A stretch of DNA of 64,000 nt from IMG/VR virus record IMGVR_UViG_3300027822_000297. One strand, given 5' to 3'. A model generated the notes under the pieces. That model ran no database searches. It had not been told where the DNA came from and saw only the letters and a list, made by a program, of their open reading frames with translations. Both the position numbers and the translations under genes were made by a program. The DNA comes from a virus. Positions 47,800-57,724 of this stretch are shown here, piece after piece. Position 1 is the first letter of the stretch. Each line of letters begins with the position of its first letter.

Positions 47800-48675
47800 A
47801 TGCCTTTACCTGTTACAACGCTTAACTTCAGTAAAAACGGATATATTCCATCCTATGTTCTGAATTTTACAACTCAAAATATAGGTGAGATTTTGGAGCC
47901 TACTATTGATGATGTTTCATCAATAGGCAATATTCCAATTAAAGGTATCGGTTTAATCGTAGAGCCAGCGATAGATAATGTTTTTAGCACAAACATAATT
48001 GTTATTAATGGAACAGGTGCGCTTGTAGAACCAGCTATTGATGATGCTCAAGTCTTTCCTTTAAATGTACATGGCCCTGGTGCTATTGTCGATCCAGGCA
48101 TCGATTTTATAACTACACGGCCTATTATTACACTAGATAATGAATCCATTAATCAACAAAATGTAACCTGTTCGTTTAAAGGCGATACGATTTCGAGCAT
48201 TACAATTCCTGTTTCATATTTAACGACACGATTAAAACAAACTGGCTTATCTACGGTAGAATTAACAATTCCTAATGGTGAAAAATATAGCCAAGTTATT
48301 GAGGATTTAATCAATGATAATGGGTCATTCAATGTAACTTATGTCGATAGATTAATTGATGGAACTAAAGTGACGCAAATATCAAATGATTATGCTATTG
48401 ATACTGCTACTTCATTTCAGGGTGGCCGTAATTGGAGTGTTAATATTAGCGGTATTAATACGTTTGTTTTAGGCAATCAGGCTAATCAAGTTAATTTATT
48501 TGATGTGTCCTTATTACGGTTAAATGCAAGTGGCACGACAACAATAAGGTGCCGCCTGGATAGGAGATTATTGCCAAGAGATATTGCAGTTTATGATAGT
48601 AATATTTATTCTGTTGAAAATTTAACGCATATTGTTCAATCAAGCAATATCTACATGGAAATATCAACAAATTAG
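47800..48675 (+). CDS. Hub-like tail protein with EPxID repeats
   Basis: Four G.I.(E/D)P.ID repeats; C-domain paralogous to 45296-46933. Confidence 0.6.
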   Translation: MPLPVTTLNFSKNGYIPSYVLNFTTQNIGEILEPTIDDVSSIGNIPIKGIGLIVEPAIDNVFSTNIIVINGTGALVEPAIDDAQVFPLNVHGPGAIVDPGIDFITTRPIITLDNESINQQNVTCSFKGDTISSITIPVSYLTTRLKQTGLSTVELTIPNGEKYSQVIEDLINDNGSFNVTYVDRLIDGTKVTQISNDYAIDTATSFQGGRNWSVNISGINTFVLGNQANQVNLFDVSLLRLNASGTTTIRCRLDRRLLPRDIAVYDSNIYSVENLTHIVQSSNIYMEISTN

Positions 48676-48698
48676 TTATTAAATAATAGGAGAAAAAA

Positions 48699-49073
48699 AT
48701 GGCAATAGTATATTCGGCAGCAGCAGAGACGGCGCGTATGACTGCCGTAAGAGATGAAATTGATAATGGTGGTGCTGGAAAGATACAAATAGGCACTGCG
48801 CTTATGGTTACTGTATTAGCAGAAATTGATCTAGATTCCGTCTGTGGAACAGTTACTGCTGATGTTCTTACCTTATCATCATTTCCAAAGTCTGATATTA
48901 ACGCTAATGCGACAGGGACAGCGGCGGAAGCAAGGATTATTAATGGCGGGGCGACTGATGTAGTCACTGCTATTTCAGTCGGTACAACAGGATCAGATAT
49001 TAATCTTGATTCAGTTAATATTACAGCAGGACAAACATTAACATTGGACTCGTTTACACTTACTCATTTTTAA
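48699..49073 (+). CDS. Small virion (tail) structural protein
   Basis: A.ATGTAAEARI...VGTTGSD.NL.S..I..GQ..T pattern common at phage tail ends. Confidence 0.7.
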   Translation: MAIVYSAAAETARMTAVRDEIDNGGAGKIQIGTALMVTVLAEIDLDSVCGTVTADVLTLSSFPKSDINANATGTAAEARIINGGATDVVTAISVGTTGSDINLDSVNITAGQTLTLDSFTLTHF

Positions 49074-49253
49074 ATGAATTAAAAGTATTGAATATAACAA
49101 CGCCAAAAATTTCAAGATAGATGTTGAATAAAGATAAATTAATACATAGTAATGAGTTTGTTTCATCTTCATTGTAATTTCTTTCTATACTACAAAAGTC
49201 AATAAGTGGGCCGCCATCGACTAAGCTAATTTCTATAAAACAAAATCGTGTAA

Positions 49254-49751
49254 TCATTTATATCCTTTAAATAGCCGTCTCCAGACCCAAGGTGGCATTG
49301 GATTTTTTTTATGCCATAAACCCATACCTTGTTTGCGTGCCTTTTCTTCAGCTTCGTAATATGATTTATCTCTAGCAAACCTAGGTTCTACCCAGGCAGC
49401 ACCAACGCTAACCATTCGTTTATTAATATCTTGACCTTTTAAATAAAGCCTTACTACATCGCGGTCATACGTTCTTTTGCCTGTATGCTTTAATGTAACG
49501 ATTTTTTGATGGATTAAGGTTTGTAATGTTCGTTTACTGAATTGACCGTATTGTTGACCTATCTCTGGCGCATCTATATCAGCTAAACGTATTTCTGATT
49601 TTTTATTATTTCTGCTTAACACAATAGCGCCATCACCATCTATTACACGTACAACGGCATATTCTTTGGGCCGGTTTATAAACGATATTGCGTCCCATGA
49701 CCAAAATAAAAGAACTAAAGCCATTATGGAAAAGATTATTATTGTTTGCAT
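49254..49751 (-). CDS. Thermonuclease (SNase) family secreted nuclease
   Basis: VVRVIDGD, IRLADIDAPE..Q.YG, YDR, A....GLW....P.PPW.WR. Confidence 0.92.
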   Translation of the reverse strand: MQTIIIFSIMALVLLFWSWDAISFINRPKEYAVVRVIDGDGAIVLSRNNKKSEIRLADIDAPEIGQQYGQFSKRTLQTLIHQKIVTLKHTGKRTYDRDVVRLYLKGQDINKRMVSVGAAWVEPRFARDKSYYEAEEKARKQGMGLWHKKNPMPPWVWRRLFKGYK

Positions 49752-50023
49752 TAGGTGTCGAAATCTAAGGCTTTAGTGCGCATAATATAATGAATATCTT
49801 CAATGATGTTTCTGTAATTATCATTTATAGATAATGCCAATTTGTCTTCACCAAGGCCATTGTTTGCTAAATAATCATCGTAATTATCTAATGCGTATTG
49901 AATAACCAGGGATTCATCATCAGTAAGCGCTTTTCCATTAACAGATATATTAATTTTATTTATCAATTTTCTCTTCTCTCCAGTTTTGATAGGTAGATGG
50001 ATCAAATAAATGAAGTGTGTCAT
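49751..50023 (-). CDS. Hypothetical protein (start uncertain)
   Basis: ORF coupled to the nuclease. Confidence 0.45.
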   Translation of the reverse strand: MTHFIYLIHLPIKTGEKRKLINKINISVNGKALTDDESLVIQYALDNYDDYLANNGLGEDKLALSINDNYRNIIEDIHYIMRTKALDFDT

Positions 50024-50456
50024 TATCTGCGTGATCTTCCCATTCTCTACGAAATTTTAATGCTTGTTGAAAAGCAAGTAAATCCATTTCTCCATCGTAT
50101 TTGTTAATATTGCAAACTCTAAATGTTTTACCGTATTTTTTGCCTTTATGATCAATCCAGCTAACACCATAAACGAGATAAGTTAAATTTTTCCTATTAT
50201 CATGGCTATGCGTTTTACATACGCCCAATACGCCAGTTGATTTGTTATTTGTCGCAGCTTTTATAGCTCTTCTTTTGGTGTTTTTTAAAATAACTAACAT
50301 TTGGTCACGCCAGTTATTTGCAGCCTTAAATGCGTTTTTACGGCCACCCCATGATTTATATGCAAAGTAACGGGTGAATTGCTTATGTCTTCTGACAATC
50401 TTTACTTGAAATCCGTTTTTGTCTGGTTCGCTTATATTTTTTCTTGATAAACCCAT
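49956..50456 (-). CDS. Tandem AP2-domain DNA-binding protein
   Basis: FQVKI.R.....YF.....GG...A...A..WRD and NKSTGV.GV......W.D..GK...K.F. Confidence 0.7.
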   Translation of the reverse strand: MGLSRKNISEPDKNGFQVKIVRRHKQFTRYFAYKSWGGRKNAFKAANNWRDQMLVILKNTKRRAIKAATNNKSTGVLGVCKTHSHDNRKNLTYLVYGVSWIDHKGKKYGKTFRVCNINKYDGEMDLLAFQQALKFRREWEDHADNDTLHLFDPSTYQNWREEKIDK

Positions 50457-50652
50457 TATTACAAATGCAATTCTCTTCTAATTTGTCTATTTCCGGCAGC
50501 CATAACCATAAAAGTATTGATAAACCAAATAAAACATCCTGATCATTGAACCCATCCCAATAAAGCCCAGCAAATGACAACGCTGTAACAATAATTCTAT
50601 TACCGTGCTTTATTAGAAACTTAATTCTTGTGTTATCATGGTTAGCGGCCAT
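50383..50652 (-). CDS. Small membrane protein
   Basis: AAACGAGGG RBS; two hydrophobic segments. Confidence 0.5.
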   Translation of the reverse strand: MAANHDNTRIKFLIKHGNRIIVTALSFAGLYWDGFNDQDVLFGLSILLWLWLPEIDKLEENCICNNGFIKKKYKRTRQKRISSKDCQKT

Positions 50653-50941
50653 ATGTTCCCTCGTTTCACATGTGGCTAGAGCCTCTGGTTTTAATTAATC
50701 AGGGGCTTTTTAATTTAAAAAATATTTAATCCATATAAAAATATACTTTCCGATAGTGTAAATAATATCCTTGGTTATCAAGGCAAGTAGCATAGCTATA
50801 AAAATATCAGCGCCGGTCATTCTGTTTTCCTTTTTAATGCATTAAGTTCTTTGATTCTGCACATAACTACAATAATCATTCCTATAATGCTGATAATGCC
50901 AGGAAACCAGTTATCCCCGAATAATAATGATATAGAACCAC

Positions 50942-51064
50942 CTAAACCAACAAGCCTCGGTTCCATGCGGCCCTATATTTAATGTTTTGTTGACTTGCAT
51001 ATTCACTCAATTTCATGTAGCTAGTTATTTAAGTAAGTTGACTTATATTACTATAGTATAGTCC
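50942..51064 (-). mobile_element. IS607-family left-end/TnpA remnant
   Basis: Own translation 51016-50942 MKLSEYASQQNIKYRAAWNRGLLV*, matching the IS607 TnpA N-terminal HTH. Confidence 0.6.
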
Positions 51065-51074
51065 ACGTGTCAAT

Positions 51075-51263
51075 TTAAAGACCAAGTTCTTTTCCTAGTA
51101 ATTCTAAACCATAAAGTATGGCTTGTTTTTTATTGCCTTTAAATGCTTTAAAAACAGCATCAGTTTGCTTTTTTTGTTCTTCAGTTAAATAAACCGGTGT
51201 TAATTGAGGCATCCCTCTACGCCTTATTTTGTAGCTCTGTTCTGCTGTTAAATTATCTTTCAT
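51075..51263 (-). CDS. Small DNA-binding protein (ribbon-helix-helix-like)
   Basis: R..QL.PVYLTEEQK...KKQAIL.GL. Confidence 0.55.
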   Translation of the reverse strand: MKDNLTAEQSYKIRRRGMPQLTPVYLTEEQKKQTDAVFKAFKGNKKQAILYGLELLGKELGL

Positions 51264-51296
51264 AAGTGTAGGGCGGCATTACACCGCCCGATGTCC

Positions 51297-52847
51297 TTAA
51301 CTTTCGTTTGCTAGTTTAATTACCTCAGATTTAGATAAAGCCCTATTATATAACCTTATGTAACTTATTTTGCCTTTGAAGGGGCGTAATGATACTTTTG
51401 TTGGACTGGCACCAACCCAAACAGGCGCTTTACTTTGCGATATATTTCCTGATTTACGCATGTTTCCTACTTGTTTACCATCTTTAAACAGAAACATAGC
51501 GCTACCGTTATAAACAGCGGCAAAGTGAATCCATTTATTATTACTTAAGTTGCCTGATGAGGCAATTAATGTATGAACCTTGCCGTTTGTTTTAAGCCGG
51601 AATCGTAATCGTGTTTTTGAACCGACACTAACAGTGCTTACCATCCAGTTATGTTGATTTTCTTTAACTCCACTTGCTTTAGATATAATCCTACAATCCC
51701 GATGTTTACAGTTTTTTAGGTTTTCTGAATTAAACCAGCCAGAAATAGACATAGTTTTCCCACTTAAATTGAATCGTCCTGCATCCATATAGTCGTTTCT
51801 ACCGCCAAAACGAACACCATTACCCATAATCCTAGCGCCATTTATTAACTTTCCGTTACGGCCATTTCCTGAAAGGTCTTTAATTGTTCTCCCGCTTCCT
51901 TGCATATCCCAAAATGCGAATAGTTTATTGTTGCTAATTGGTGATTTAATTTTAGGTTTAGGTTTATTACCTGTTATGGTTATAACTTTTGGTGTAGATG
52001 AGGTTTTAGGTTTTGTAGTAACTTTAGGCTTGCTTGATGTTTGTGTTGGTTTATTTTGTGTAGGTTGTACTTTACCTTTTGATGTTGAGCTTACAACAGA
52101 ATAACCGTTTGAACCCGCCGCTATTTTAATATTATCAATAAAAAGTTGACGACGATTTGAGTCCGTAGTCTTTCTTCCCTTTTTCCAGTCTTTTTTATAA
52201 ACCCCCATCTTAAAGTAAGGTGCCCTCATAGCCTTACCACAGCCATCTGTTTTGGGTGAGTTAGGCCCGGTAACCTTACCCAGTTTTACACCGTCTTTCC
52301 ATGCTTCGATAAAACCATCACCGCCAGATGATATCTTGAAATGGACAACAATATTTAACCATTTTTTCTTTTCTATGGGACCTTTCCAAAGAACTTTTTT
52401 TCCATAAGTATAAAATATTGCCTCGTCATTTCCCGAACGCATTAAAAATGGAGCTGTCTTTGCTGGGAACCAGACGGTGCAATCTAGAGCCCAGGAGCTG
52501 GCTGCTGTATGTATCTGAAAAGGAGCTAATTCCAGGCTTTTGTCTTTTTTCCAATCTTCATACCGGTAATCAAAACTAAACCAATATTCTTTACCAAATT
52601 CAAAATGACCACTACCATCTTTCATAGTAGCTTCTGTACGATACGGTGTGCGCATACTTCGGGTTAATGTGAAATTACCTGAATATTTTCCACTTGCTTT
52701 TGGTGATGTGGCTACAGTAGGCCAATTCCCAGAGCCTCTTAATCCACTCACATTACCTGTTTCGAAGCCGTTATTGTATATAAGTGTTGCTGCATTTAAA
52801 TTTCCAATAAGAAATATTGAAAATAAACTAAAAATAATTTGTTTCAT
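51297..52847 (-). CDS. Secreted polysaccharide-lyase-like protein with a LamG domain
   Basis: Signal peptide; RTE, EYWFSF, QIH, W..IVVH...S....G.IE.W.DG, PYFKMGVY; Thr/Lys/Pro linker; W.HFAAVYNG...F.DG LamG. Confidence 0.8.
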   Translation of the reverse strand: MKQIIFSLFSIFLIGNLNAATLIYNNGFETGNVSGLRGSGNWPTVATSPKASGKYSGNFTLTRSMRTPYRTEATMKDGSGHFEFGKEYWFSFDYRYEDWKKDKSLELAPFQIHTAASSWALDCTVWFPAKTAPFLMRSGNDEAIFYTYGKKVLWKGPIEKKKWLNIVVHFKISSGGDGFIEAWKDGVKLGKVTGPNSPKTDGCGKAMRAPYFKMGVYKKDWKKGRKTTDSNRRQLFIDNIKIAAGSNGYSVVSSTSKGKVQPTQNKPTQTSSKPKVTTKPKTSSTPKVITITGNKPKPKIKSPISNNKLFAFWDMQGSGRTIKDLSGNGRNGKLINGARIMGNGVRFGGRNDYMDAGRFNLSGKTMSISGWFNSENLKNCKHRDCRIISKASGVKENQHNWMVSTVSVGSKTRLRFRLKTNGKVHTLIASSGNLSNNKWIHFAAVYNGSAMFLFKDGKQVGNMRKSGNISQSKAPVWVGASPTKVSLRPFKGKISYIRLYNRALSKSEVIKLANES

Positions 52848-52908
52848 AAATTTACCTTTGTTAATATTACAGTAGTAATATAACACAAGAGTAATTAAAG
52901 TCTATAAA

Positions 52909-54039
52909 TTATCTTTCTGGTGCTTTACTTAATTCTTTATCAACTAATTTAATATTGGAAATGTCTTTATTTTGTACAACTTTGTTTATTTGTATATTCA
53001 TCACATCCCTTACAACTTTATCTTGAGATTTTGGGTTGATATATTTTTCTGCATAAGCTTTTATAGCTTTTTCATGACTTATTAGTGCTTTGAGTTGGGG
53101 TTCTGATTTAGCTATAGATTCTCTATCGTGTGAATTTAGTTGAGTTCTTATTTCCTTTTCTCGTTGACCATCAATTGAAGTTTTTTTTTGAACTTTTTCC
53201 GTTGGTTGGCTTACACTGGGTTTTTTTTCTTCGTATTTGTTTGTTTTCTCATTTTTTTCAATAGTATTTTCAGGTTTTAAGGATTTTAAGTCTTCTTTAC
53301 TTGGAATATGGCCGCTAACTTCCATTCCTCTTGATTTTGCTTCCCGCCAGACATTAGACCTAAATTCTTTTGTTCCTTGAATATTAATAGATGTAACACC
53401 CTGTGAATCAAGAAGTTTTATCATATCTTTATGAGCTGTTATATTACTAGACTTAGTTGTTAATTTACTGCCATGATCCCTAAAAGCAACTTTCTGGTTA
53501 TGTCCTGCCCATCTATATTGATTTTTTTGATCAACGACATATCGTTTATTAAAATTATCATCTAAATCATGCGCTTTATTTTCATCAATTTCGATATGTT
53601 TGATTTCAAATTCAGGTTTACTTGTTTCATGATTTTTGTTTTTTAGTTTTTTAGCCTCTTCTACAACCTTGTCGTGATGCTCAATGTCTTGTCTATGTTC
53701 TGATGATAGTGATTCAGATTTATCTTTAATATTATTTATTTTGTTTGTGAATTTATCATCATTACTAAACTCAATCTTAACGCCTTTATATGAATCACTA
53801 GTTGCCTTAGTGTCACTTTTAGATTTATTTTTTAACGAGGCTTCAATGATTTTTTCATTTTGTTCAATTCGTTCCTTTCGTGATAAATCAACATTCTTTT
53901 CAGATTTAAGCTGATCGGGTATGTAGTTAGAAACTTGATTGGGATTACTATTGTTTCGTGTTGAAGGCGGAACTAGCGTTGTATTCCTAGGCGGTTGCTC
54001 TTGATTTAAAGCATCAAGACTATCATTTTGTTCAGCCAT
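52909..54039 (-). CDS. LPD7 (large polyvalent protein domain 7) protein
   Basis: AFRD.GSKL.T......DM..L....G...I.I.GT.EFR..VW.EA..RG.EV.G. Confidence 0.75.
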   Translation of the reverse strand: MAEQNDSLDALNQEQPPRNTTLVPPSTRNNSNPNQVSNYIPDQLKSEKNVDLSRKERIEQNEKIIEASLKNKSKSDTKATSDSYKGVKIEFSNDDKFTNKINNIKDKSESLSSEHRQDIEHHDKVVEEAKKLKNKNHETSKPEFEIKHIEIDENKAHDLDDNFNKRYVVDQKNQYRWAGHNQKVAFRDHGSKLTTKSSNITAHKDMIKLLDSQGVTSINIQGTKEFRSNVWREAKSRGMEVSGHIPSKEDLKSLKPENTIEKNEKTNKYEEKKPSVSQPTEKVQKKTSIDGQREKEIRTQLNSHDRESIAKSEPQLKALISHEKAIKAYAEKYINPKSQDKVVRDVMNIQINKVVQNKDISNIKLVDKELSKAPER

Positions 54040-54160
54040 TACAGTTCTCCAATCGATTTCAAATATTCAATAGCTATTTTCATTGATTCTTCATCAGATA
54101 AAACTTTTTGGTCTTCATCGAAGTGATCATTAAACCATTGTGTAAAAAGAAAATTAGTAT

Positions 54161-55933
54161 TCATGCCATTTCTCCAATTGCATTTAAATATTGTTCAGCA
54201 CAAGCGATACTTTCATCATCACTTAAAACCCTAACTTTATTGTATATAGGCATTTCAAGATCATTTATATCAACTTCTATTGTTTTCATTTTGGCTTTTA
54301 TTTCTAAAGTTTGTTTAACTTCTAATAAAGGTATTTTAGGCGGTGGAAATTCATTATTTTTTAAGCGTGGATCGGTGTACCAGAAAATCCGATCAGCATA
54401 AATAGCTTTAAGCCCTTTTAGGAAAATGAGACATTTATCTGGTGGCATTTCCTTGATTTCTTGAGGCAACATTAATGGTCTTTTTGTCTCAGATATATTT
54501 TCGTGTTTAGGGAAAATACCAGACCAAGCTCTATTGGTTGATTTTTGTTCAATTGTTATTGTTCCAAGGTCTTCTGATAATTTATTGGCTGTTTTTGTGT
54601 TATTTGGTGTTAAATACCCTTTAATATCACAATTATCTTCTATATGTTCTGCAAATTGTTTATAGACGGCATATAATTGGGCTGTTCCTTGTGCGACAAG
54701 CATTAATTGAATTCCATACCCAGCTATAAACTCAATTTTTCTTGCCACTGTTTCCATGTAGCCAACAGAAGTAAATTCATCCATCATAAACAAACAATTA
54801 TGTTTGTATTTTGGGTCTCTGTCTTTGGGTACTTTTAAATTTAAATCAATAGCCATTTGAAAGAATAAATTAACCATTGGGCCTAGTTCAACTAATGAGG
54901 CTGGTGGAATGGCAACGTAAATAGACATTTTTTTATATTTAATATCTCTCAAATCAAAAGAACTATTTGATGTGGCCGCATCTATAATTGGGTTGGCAAA
55001 TATATTCAATGTTGAAGCAAGCTGTTCTTGAACGCCACCCCTTGTTTTCTCTGGTAAATTAATAAAAGAATAAAGGTTCATTTTGCAAATAGGATCAAGA
55101 ATATCTTCATGTTCTTCAATCATATCTTTTAAATATTCGTTTGTTTTTTGTTCGGTATGAAGCATTCTAAATATTTGACCAAAAGAACATGTTAATGCAG
55201 GGATGTCTTTTGCCATTAATGCTAGGCCTTCAAATAGCTTTCTGGCTCCACCCGTCCAGATTGGATCACCGCCAGGCGGTGTTGGTGCTAAGAAGTTACT
55301 CACTTTTTGAAGGAAACTAATTCTGTTTGCATTGTCCTCTGGCATGTAGTCGAAAACATTAAAACAATCGGAATGCTTATCCTCAGCGATGAAATTAAGA
55401 AAATGTATGTCTTGCCCCATACGCTTTCTAAACCCTGCTGTTTTGTAAAAATTTTCCTCTTTTATATCAATGCTAATTATTGATCCCAGCCAAGTGAAAA
55501 ATATAGGAACAACCCAACTTACACCCTTACCTGCTCTTGTTGGTGCTTTTATTAATATATGATAATCACCATCAACAATGAGCTTTAATTTACCTAAATA
55601 ACCTAAGAATATACCTTGTACATTTTTTTTATATCGCTTAATGAATTCCCAGCCATAAGCAAAACGCGCTGAGCCATGTAATTCGTATTTATTACGCCCA
55701 ATAGCTATTAATACAGCAGTTAACGGCACTAAACCTACAAGGTGAGAGATAATTGCTTTGAAATGAATTTCTTTGCTTGACGAGAGAAAACTATAAAGGA
55801 TTGGATTAAAAAACCAAGCGCTATCTATTGATAATAAAATTTTAAAAAGTAAGCCCGCGATAACGAAATGAATAAGTGACGTGGCAATTATTAAGTTGCG
55901 TGGCCTATGTTTTTCAAGCGCGTCTAATGACAC
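54161..55933 (-). CDS. virD4: Type IV coupling protein VirD4/TraG
   Basis: HILIKAPTRAGKG, DIKEEN, FMMDEF, AGYGI, S.DLG.IT, RPLM.PQE. Confidence 0.95.
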   Translation of the reverse strand: MSLDALEKHRPRNLIIATSLIHFVIAGLLFKILLSIDSAWFFNPILYSFLSSSKEIHFKAIISHLVGLVPLTAVLIAIGRNKYELHGSARFAYGWEFIKRYKKNVQGIFLGYLGKLKLIVDGDYHILIKAPTRAGKGVSWVVPIFFTWLGSIISIDIKEENFYKTAGFRKRMGQDIHFLNFIAEDKHSDCFNVFDYMPEDNANRISFLQKVSNFLAPTPPGGDPIWTGGARKLFEGLALMAKDIPALTCSFGQIFRMLHTEQKTNEYLKDMIEEHEDILDPICKMNLYSFINLPEKTRGGVQEQLASTLNIFANPIIDAATSNSSFDLRDIKYKKMSIYVAIPPASLVELGPMVNLFFQMAIDLNLKVPKDRDPKYKHNCLFMMDEFTSVGYMETVARKIEFIAGYGIQLMLVAQGTAQLYAVYKQFAEHIEDNCDIKGYLTPNNTKTANKLSEDLGTITIEQKSTNRAWSGIFPKHENISETKRPLMLPQEIKEMPPDKCLIFLKGLKAIYADRIFWYTDPRLKNNEFPPPKIPLLEVKQTLEIKAKMKTIEVDINDLEMPIYNKVRVLSDDESIACAEQYLNAIGEMA

Positions 55934-56915
55934 TTTCTAACCCCCATTTAGAACCATGTTTTCCGCAATGCATGATAATATCAATGGTTTTTCTGCAATA
56001 ATCATTAACATCTTCTTTTTTTAAATTACTTCCAGCAGGTGACATTTTTATCATCGTAACCAATCGATCATAGACGTGTTCAGCAGAATTAGTATGTAAG
56101 CTTGTTATTGCCCCGTTATGGCCTGTATTAGTGGCGTTCAGATAATCAAAAGCTTCAGAACCTCTTAGCTCACTTAGCAATATTCTATCGGGTCTTAAAC
56201 GAAGGCAACATTTAATAAGTTCGGCAAAAGTTACCGGTTCTTTCCCAGTTGCTTTCTGGCTGGTTAATAAATTAACTATATTTCTTTTTTTATCAATTTT
56301 ATCAACTAAAACTTCCCTTGCATCTTCGATGGTTATTAGTCGTTCATGATGATTAATATAGTCAATTAGGCAATTAGTGAATGTTGTTTTGCCTGCACCA
56401 GTACTTCCAGAAACAATAATAGTTTTTTTTCCTTTAACTGCCGCAATCATAAAATTAGGCCAATCATTTCGTTTTTGATAAAAGTCTAACTTATCATCTG
56501 TCTCTGATCGTTCTTCAATGTGAGCCATTTCATTAACATGATCAAAAAACCCCTTTTCATAATAATCATCCAAAGTGTATTTTTTGGCAGCAGGTTTTCT
56601 GATGCAAATCACATATTGTTGTAAATCACATGCGGGAGGTATAACAACTTGAACACGCTCACCTGATGGGAAGGTTGCAGATAAAATAGGATTATTACTG
56701 TTTAATGTTTGATTTGTGTAATTTGCTGTAAGTATTGCCCCTTTTTTTAAGAATTCATGCGTAAAAACTTTATCTTTGTCGTTGTATCTCTCTATAACGC
56801 CATTTGTTTCAATAAAAACATCATGAGGCCCATTAATCATAACCTCATTAACATTATCTTGAGCTAAAATATCCTCTAGAACACCATTCTTCCAAATGTC
56901 GAGCATCCTTGACAT
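55914..56915 (-). CDS. virB11: T4SS ATPase VirB11
   Basis: NEVMIN.P, SGSTGAGKTT, TIEDARE, LRLRPDRI..SELRG, TGH.G..TSLH. Confidence 0.95.
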   Translation of the reverse strand: MSRMLDIWKNGVLEDILAQDNVNEVMINGPHDVFIETNGVIERYNDKDKVFTHEFLKKGAILTANYTNQTLNSNNPILSATFPSGERVQVVIPPACDLQQYVICIRKPAAKKYTLDDYYEKGFFDHVNEMAHIEERSETDDKLDFYQKRNDWPNFMIAAVKGKKTIIVSGSTGAGKTTFTNCLIDYINHHERLITIEDAREVLVDKIDKKRNIVNLLTSQKATGKEPVTFAELIKCCLRLRPDRILLSELRGSEAFDYLNATNTGHNGAITSLHTNSAEHVYDRLVTMIKMSPAGSNLKKEDVNDYCRKTIDIIMHCGKHGSKWGLESVIRRA

Positions 56916-57724
56916 TATTTAACTCCTATAACAAAAACTTCTGATAAATTAATTTGAATAACTTTTCCAGATCCATTTGTAACTGAACTTTCATCATAAA
57001 GCGTTACTTTTTCAATATTGCCAATATCGTTTGTTATTCCTAAAATTGGCGTGAGTTTTTTTCTTTCCTGTCTTACCCGTGTATCAATTCCTCCCTTAAG
57101 TTTTTTTAAGTATTCTTTTAATAACGGCCTTGTTACCCCTTTTTCAACTAGCCTTTCAGCAATCTTTGGTTTTATGCTGTATATCTTTTCAAGGTCATCG
57201 GCTATTGAGATTGCCGTTATATTTCCTTTTTTACATAGCGCTTTAAATTTATCATCTGTTGAATGAATCTTAAGGTGTCTTGATACCCAACTTGAATCAT
57301 AATTAACGATTTTTGCTAATTCATTATTATTTAATGGTTCATTATTGCTTGCATTGTAATGCTCTTGAATAAGCTTTAGTTGCCCTCCTATCTCAAATAT
57401 TGTGAGATTTTCACGGCGCATATTTTCTGAAAAGGTGATAAGTGGATTGTCATTTTTAATTACACAATCTATCGTATCCAACTCAGCCAGCTTAGCCGCA
57501 CGCCAACGCCTTTCACCGGCGGTTATATAATAAATGCCATTTTCATCAGCCTCAGTAACAGCTATTGGCTGAATCTGTCCAATTTCAGGATTTAAAAATT
57601 CATCAGCTAATTCTCTAAGGTTTGTAAATGTTTTTCTACCTTGCTCTCTGGATTTAATTTTATTAATAGGTAATGTTATATAATTCTTATTCTCTTCGGA
57701 TAAATCTAAGTCTAATTTAAGCAT
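56915..57724 (-). CDS. parB: Partition protein ParB
   Basis: GQIQPIAV, ITAGERRWRAA, EN.RRENL, HTH. Confidence 0.9.
   Translation of the reverse strand: MLKLDLDLSEENKNYITLPINKIKSREQGRKTFTNLRELADEFLNPEIGQIQPIAVTEADENGIYYITAGERRWRAAKLAELDTIDCVIKNDNPLITFSENMRRENLTIFEIGGQLKLIQEHYNASNNEPLNNNELAKIVNYDSSWVSRHLKIHSTDDKFKALCKKGNITAISIADDLEKIYSIKPKIAERLVEKGVTRPLLKEYLKKLKGGIDTRVRQERKKLTPILGITNDIGNIEKVTLYDESSVTNGSGKVIQINLSEVFVIGVK

Larger units (their letters stand above)
1..49073. mobile_element. Siphovirus-type (pro)phage region; left end lies outside the window, right boundary uncertain (49.1-51.3 kb)
   Basis: Replication, recombination, lysis, terminase, portal, capsid, tail tube, TAC frameshift, tape measure and tail-tip genes in canonical order; no sheath gene. 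Confidence 0.95.

Noticed and set aside
27146-48675. Diversity-generating retroelement or invertible tail-fibre switch
   Set aside because: No reverse transcriptase or invertase in the window; the repeats are in-frame, degenerate and not visibly adenine-biased.
49073-53000. attL/attR, oriT or relaxase
   Set aside because: No convincing direct repeat, nick-site motif or relaxase seen by eye; they may lie outside the window.
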